From positions 1 to 39,526 of the forward strand of contig JBBCAX010000248.1 of assembly GCA_051382335.1 (NCBI GenBank): 39,526 nt of DNA, in the 5' to 3' direction. This document shows, piece by piece, positions 38,178 through 39,526 of the stretch. The position numbers and the translations under genes were made by a program. The stretch comes from Deltaproteobacteria bacterium TL4. GTDB taxonomy: Bacteria > SAR324 > NAC60-12. Under the pieces are notes generated by a model. The model saw only the letters and a program-made list of their open reading frames with translations. It searched no databases and was not told the DNA's origin. The first letter of the stretch is position 1, and every line of letters begins with the position of its first letter.

Positions 38178-39393
38178 AAAGCCCGCTTATCAACTGTTCA
38201 TGGTTACGGTTGTCAGTTTATTGACAGCCTTGTTTTTTCTGGACGACTATGTGTCTCATCGAACCCAAATCATCGATACGGCCAGAGATCATGTACAACA
38301 GGAAACTCTGAAGGCTAGTACGGCAATCAATACGAATATGAAAGGTATATATGCTGAGGCAAAAACACTTGCGGATGATCTGGCTTCGGGTGTTGTGCGT
38401 CAAACGATGATTCATGAAAAGTTGCAGACAATCCTGTCAACTAATCCCCAAATACTGGGTATGGGCGTGGCCTACGTTCCCAATATCCATGCAGCGGATA
38501 TCCGAAGTCAAACGCCCTATTATGTGAAGCGAACTGACGCTGAGAATATGGATCCTTTTATGCGGATTCAGCTATTCACGATACCATTTTCTGCCATTGA
38601 CCCCTTTACACAGAAGGTCATCATTAAAGGCATCGTTTTTGTGGATTATTCCTTGTATGATTTGCAAACTCTGATCAATGACCTTGATATGGGAAAGACG
38701 GGATATGGATATATTCTTTCCAGAAAAGGCCGTTTTCTGGCTCATCCTGTAGCCCCTTATGTCAGAGGTCAGAAAACTATATTCGCTGAGGCCGAATTAA
38801 AAAGTGATCGAATGTTACAAGTTATGGCCGAATATGCCACTCAGGGTCAATCAGGTCTTATGGACTACGTGGATCCTCAAACTGGATTTCTCTACTGGAT
38901 CTGTTACGAACCTATTCCTTTGACAGAATGGTCAATGGTGGGTCTGTTTTTAAAAGATAGAACTTTGACTTGGCAACGTCCTCTGTTGCATCAACTGATA
39001 AAGACGATCTTTGTATGGGTCGTATTTTTGACCTTATTATCCGCACTGTTTGAAAAATTTAAATCGGAGCAGCCAAACTACCTCAAGGTGTTTTGGCTCC
39101 TGACCTTCCTGCTGTTTCTGGAAACCTGTTTTTTGTACTATCTGGCCCATGTGAATCCCAATACGATTCATCCAGGGGAAGTGGTTGTCACCAATAGTTC
39201 AGGGATGACTCAATTCCTGAATGATAATTTATCCAAACGAGCAATTACTTCAAAAGAACCTCTCCTTATTATTCCAACGGGAATCTTTATCAAATCCGTA
39301 TTGCTCGCAGGTGAGGGAAAAACAATGATCACCGGCAATATCTCAATACCCGTGCATGAAATTAAATTCTACCGAAAGATGAGTGGTATGTAA
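38137..39393 (+). pseudogene. Cache-domain membrane protein, probably truncated at 39343 by an IS insertion
   Basis: TM, then Cache (GKTGYGYILSRKGRFLAHP, YEPIPLTEWS), then two TMs, then IPTGIFIKS...ITGNI, followed by an unrelated 16-aa tail. Confidence 0.65.
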
Positions 39394-39526
39394 AAATTGA
39401 AAAAACAGAAGAATTGGATTGAATATGGCGGTGTTTCTCCCGTAAAGAGTTGTCTTTTTCCACAAAGATTAACTTAGCAAAAACAGGAGAAACATGAAGC
39501 AGATTCTAGAGGAATTCGGAAAATAT
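39344..39526 (+). mobile_element. Probable left end of an insertion sequence (IS4-family-like); ORF starts at 39494 and runs off the window
   Basis: Begins CAATACCCGTGCATGAAATT where the upstream protein loses its expected pattern. A GTTTCTCC...GGAGAAAC inverted repeat sequesters the RBS before ATG 39494 (MKQILEEFGKY...). Confidence 0.55.

Overview
Bacterial chromosomal window of moderate GC, with gene content suggestive of a deltaproteobacterium or SAR324-like organism (inference). It has six parts. (1) 1-13.6 kb is a branched-chain acyl-CoA catabolic cluster: liuR-liuA-liuB-liuD-liuE (no liuC) with a perfect LiuR-type palindrome, then scoAB, a decayed acetoacetyl-CoA synthetase remnant, icmF and an HSD10-like SDR. 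(2) 13.7-14.3 kb holds a small DUF1737-like gene and an unannotated 124-bp tandem array of about 2.6 copies. Its hairpins show a compensatory change and strand-biased G-U/G-T pairs, making it a candidate structured ncRNA array. (3) 14.5-24.4 kb is a signalling island: REC-cNMP, CBS, hybrid histidine kinase, REC, a NIT-HAMP-PAS-adenylate cyclase-PilZ protein, CheV and REC-PP2C. (4) A PuuA/PuuD-like gamma-glutamylation pair follows. (5) 26.8-29.0 kb is an integrase-less integron cassette remnant with attC sites, a nucleotidyltransferase, an MNT-HEPN pair and a truncated class C group II intron inserted in an attC. (6) 29.6-39.5 kb carries an ABC solute-binding protein, an R3H protein, Mini-III, a radical SAM enzyme, PP2C, a PlsB-like acyltransferase, a metallophosphoesterase and a Cache-domain membrane protein apparently cut by an IS at the window end. 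All calls come from motif recognition by eye; no database searches were run.
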